A stretch of 64,000 nt of DNA from Amoebidium appalachense (Eukaryota > Protista > Ichthyosporea). A model generated the notes under the pieces. It made no database searches and was not told where the DNA came from. It worked only from the letters and a program-made list of their open reading frames with translations. Below, one piece after another: positions 60,777 to 64,000 of the stretch. The DNA lies in NCBI GenBank assembly GCA_963693365.1, contig CAVNZM010000005.1, positions 9,280,334-9,344,333 on the forward strand, read 5' to 3'. Numbering within the stretch: position 1 is the first letter of the stretch; each line of letters begins with the position of its first letter. The translations under genes and the position numbers were made by a program.

Positions 60777-61789
60777 CACGCATTTGAACGATCCACCTGG
60801 GGGCCCTTTGTCACCTCTTTGCACCTTTTCCTTATATAGGTGATCCGGTACGTAGTTCTCCCCCCACTGGCGAGGCTGAGGTGCAAACCCTGAGCTAAGT
60901 GTGTAATAGTAGTTAGGATTGGCAACGGTGTGCTATCTTAGCTTTCCACACCATTAACAGCCTCCGGGACCAAAACGGGATAATAATATAAAAACAGAGT
61001 TCGGGGAAAAAAAAAAAACAGATGTGCAGTTCTTGCCAATCATCGGATTTGCTCAACACATGATAAACCATAAGCACACCGACACACCCATTAGGCTCAT
61101 TGACATGATGGTGCGCGAGCACACCGTGCGTGCATTGCACACACACACACACACGAACACACACAGAGAGACACACATGCGCGCACACATACACACAAAT
61201 TATAACCGATCCAGAAAAGAAACGCACGTGATAGAGGCTGCTAAATGGGGTGAAGGGAGGGAGAGGTGCATCGATGGGACTCCGAGGGAGCCGGAGGTGT
61301 GTGTGTGTGTTTGTGTGAATGCATGTGGTGGTGGCAGGGGGGGGGGGGGGGGGGGGAGGGGGGGGGGGGGGGTACGGCTCACGACAACCGAATAATGATT
61401 ATGAAAGTGGGGTGATGGGCTAAAGCTATTGGGAGAATTGAGTGTGGCGGGTCCGGATGGGGATCATGGGGGGGGGGGGGGGGGGGGGAATAACCACCAA
61501 AGTAGGTGGGTCTTTCCCCCTCCCCACCAAGAAGGGGAAATGACCGTTGGGTTTCGATAGTTCTACTGCCTTCTCAATATTCTTGGACGTCTTCTCCTCG
61601 TCTCCCGTGCCCATGTCTAAATTCAATGTTCACAATGATTCGTGGCCAATACATACACAGCAACCCCTTTCTGCGAGGTTTGGCCACTTGCAACCGTTTA
61701 CCAAAACTACTGTTCCCCAGAGCTCCTGTCTGAGACTCCTCAGTCCGGGCCCCTCCCGCTCCCTCCCTCCCCCCCCCCCCCCCCCCCCC

Positions 61790-61834
<45 letters not shown>

Positions 61835-62480
61835 ACACCACCACCTCCACCAACACGTGCATGCGACCCACCACCACCACCACCACCACCACCAAACAAA
61901 CACTTTGGTTGATATCTGCGTGTCCGTGGCATTCCATGTGAGAACTGCTACGCAGTCTTGTCAATGATTGTTGGTTACGCTGAAATGATTTACGTGTAAA
62001 TTATAATAGTATGTATCTCTACACTCACAAAAAAATATATATATATATATTTGAATAGTATTACATATAAGCTTGCAACCGGTACCAAAGTCCCCGGCCC
62101 TCATGACCTCCCTCCCTCCGGGGATCCCCTACTAGTTTAACTACACATACAGTAGATCCCCCCTCTCCACCCCCTCTCCACCACCTCCCCCCCTTCCCCC
62201 CCCCCCCCTCCCCCTCCCCCTCCTCCCCTCCCCCCCCCCCCCCTCTCCCTCTTCCTCCCTCAACCAGCCACCACCGTTCCATGTTCTGTTCAGCTCTAGG
62301 CTGGATGGCGTTTTTTGTTACGAGGGTAAAAAGGGGGGCTTTACGCTGTTTACTCGAGGCAAAGAGACTTGAACTTGCCCAGCCAAGATTTGATAGAAAA
62401 AAATCCTTACGTGGTAAAAAGCTATTAAAGGGGGTTTCTTTTAGGTTTTCGGGCCGGGCCGGGTCAGAGGGAATTCTAGC
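58667..62480 (-). CDS. Possible multi-exon gene of unknown function (tentative)
   Basis: Phase-compatible candidate exons ~62478-62411, ~61615-61546 and ~60889-60825 give [68 protein letters not shown]. Further candidates lie near 59.3, 58.9 and 58.7 kb. No homology recognised. Confidence 0.25.
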
Positions 62481-62883
62481 TATATGATTGGCGTGCTGCG
62501 CATCAACTGCGCACCATCGTTTTGCCCGCAGCAAGGTTCAGATGCGCCAAAATACAACAAAAAAAGAAAAAAGAAAAGAGAAAAAAAGAAATAAAGAAGG
62601 GAATAATAATGATAAAGCGTTAGAAAAAATTTTGCAGTTAATATCGTGATTTATATGCTGAACAAATGGCTTGACCCGGATGTGCTGGAATGGGGACAAT
62701 TAATCGGCCTAAAAGAAACCCCGGGGCCCGGTCCTGACGTGAACGAGCTCAGCACTCCGCTGACACGAAGCCTACGTAGACAAGACCGCACGAACCTTTA
62801 TTATTGAGGTCAACTGAAAAATATATACGTAAATATAGTGGAACATTAATGATAAATAATTTTATTCTTCACATTAATTGAAT

Positions 62884-62917
<34 letters not shown>

Positions 62918-63164
62918 CTTTATAGTTTTCGTTCCAGAAGTTTGAATGCCGCAAATATGCAGAAGGCCATGGCCCATGGAGACGGCGTGGACCGTGACTC
63001 ATGTGAGCCCGTGGCTCCGGTCCACTCAAAATAGCCGAGCCAGTAGTAAGTGCTCGGCGCGACACAAGTAGTGTGTTTCAAAAAATTCTAATACTTATCA
63101 ATCAAAATAAATATAGAATTGCTCATTTTCGACAAACTGCAGCTCTGAGATTTTTTTGTCTGTG

Positions 63165-63213
<49 letters not shown>

Positions 63214-63279
63214 TATACCTCCAAGGCTCCAACTCAATTCATTTACATGACGATTCGAACAGAAGTTTCGACGCCGGAC

Positions 63280-64000
63280 TATAAACAAATCAATTCGGCT
63301 TTGCCCAATCGGGTTTGAGAAGGCAACATTCCTCAGATCGATAACTAGCTCTACCAATCAGATCGTCTGGTGGCTATCTACTTGAATATAATACGCGCCG
63401 AAGTAATACACCAATCAAATACGTCCATGATCCATATCTCCTCTTTTGAATCTAAACACTATTTTAATGTATAACTGTCAAATAGTGATATCACGAGCAC
63501 ATGCCTCCGAAAATCTGATGACCAATAATCCGCGTCCGTCACCCAGGACACTGCGGACATGTGGACCATTGGATCTGAACAAAAGGCCGAAAAGCAACTC
63601 GCGCACGTGTCATTTTCATTTCCGTTCTCCAAGATTTTCCTTCGCTCTACCAAACACCGCATGCACATCTCCCACACGCGCAGGTAACTGCGCGAAAACA
63701 TAACGCAGAACTAGGTAAGAGTTTTGAATTGAAATGGCGCGGGTGTTTGAGATAGAGATAGACACAGACTTGACACAACCGCGAAGTTTGACAGGGCATG
63801 CGTGTGGAACACGTTAGAGGTTTTGCAGGTAAATGAAAAAAAGAAAAACGGAGGAAGTTTGAAAAATCGTTGAAGCAAACGGAATACGCACTGTACCTGT
63901 TCATACGGTAGATTATGTTTGGAAATTTTCCGTTCGTCAGTCAAGAAACTCACAGCACGACACAGCCTCCTCGCGGCGCCTTCATTTTTTCAACAACGTG
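63280..64000. promoter_or_regulatory. Promoter-like region with CCAAT boxes and E2F/CHR-like motifs
   Basis: CCAAT at ~63305, 63354 and 63411; CGCGAAAA ~63691; TTTGAA..TGGCGCGG ~63723-63742; repeat-free sequence. Confidence 0.3.

Overview
Eukaryotic genomic DNA with spliceosomal GT-AG introns and CTRAC/CTAAC branch points. It is saturated with (CA)n/(GT)n, (GA)n and poly-C/poly-G runs, so almost all ORFs in the supplied track are repeat artefacts. Three intron-rich genes can be spliced by hand into continuous reading frames: (1) a secreted class-3 (DAG-lipase-like) lipase on the minus strand, 287-10810; (2) a divergently transcribed Unkempt-family CCCH zinc-finger/RING protein on the plus strand, 13151-26185, with an extra N-terminal low-complexity region, a UBA-like domain and one GC-AG intron; (3) a tail-anchored ankyrin-repeat protein on the minus strand, 41795-52475. 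Mobile elements include a decayed APE+RT LINE (~53930-58313) interrupted by a non-autonomous hAT-type element with 12-bp TIRs and an 8-bp TSD (53960-55558), a 5'-truncated LINE 3' end with a 14-bp TSD (39142-39817), an 82-bp mini inverted-repeat element and a 1.6-kb element bounded by 39-bp inverted repeats. The most unusual signals are a family of intronic, sense-oriented structured repeats with compensatory base changes (45.3 kb, 45.8 kb, partial copy at 20.25 kb), and a strand-specific intron pattern: C-runs after donors, (CA)n in place of polypyrimidine tracts, and complementary repeats at opposite intron ends. All gene models are manual, with no database or RNA-seq support, and the organism is not identified.
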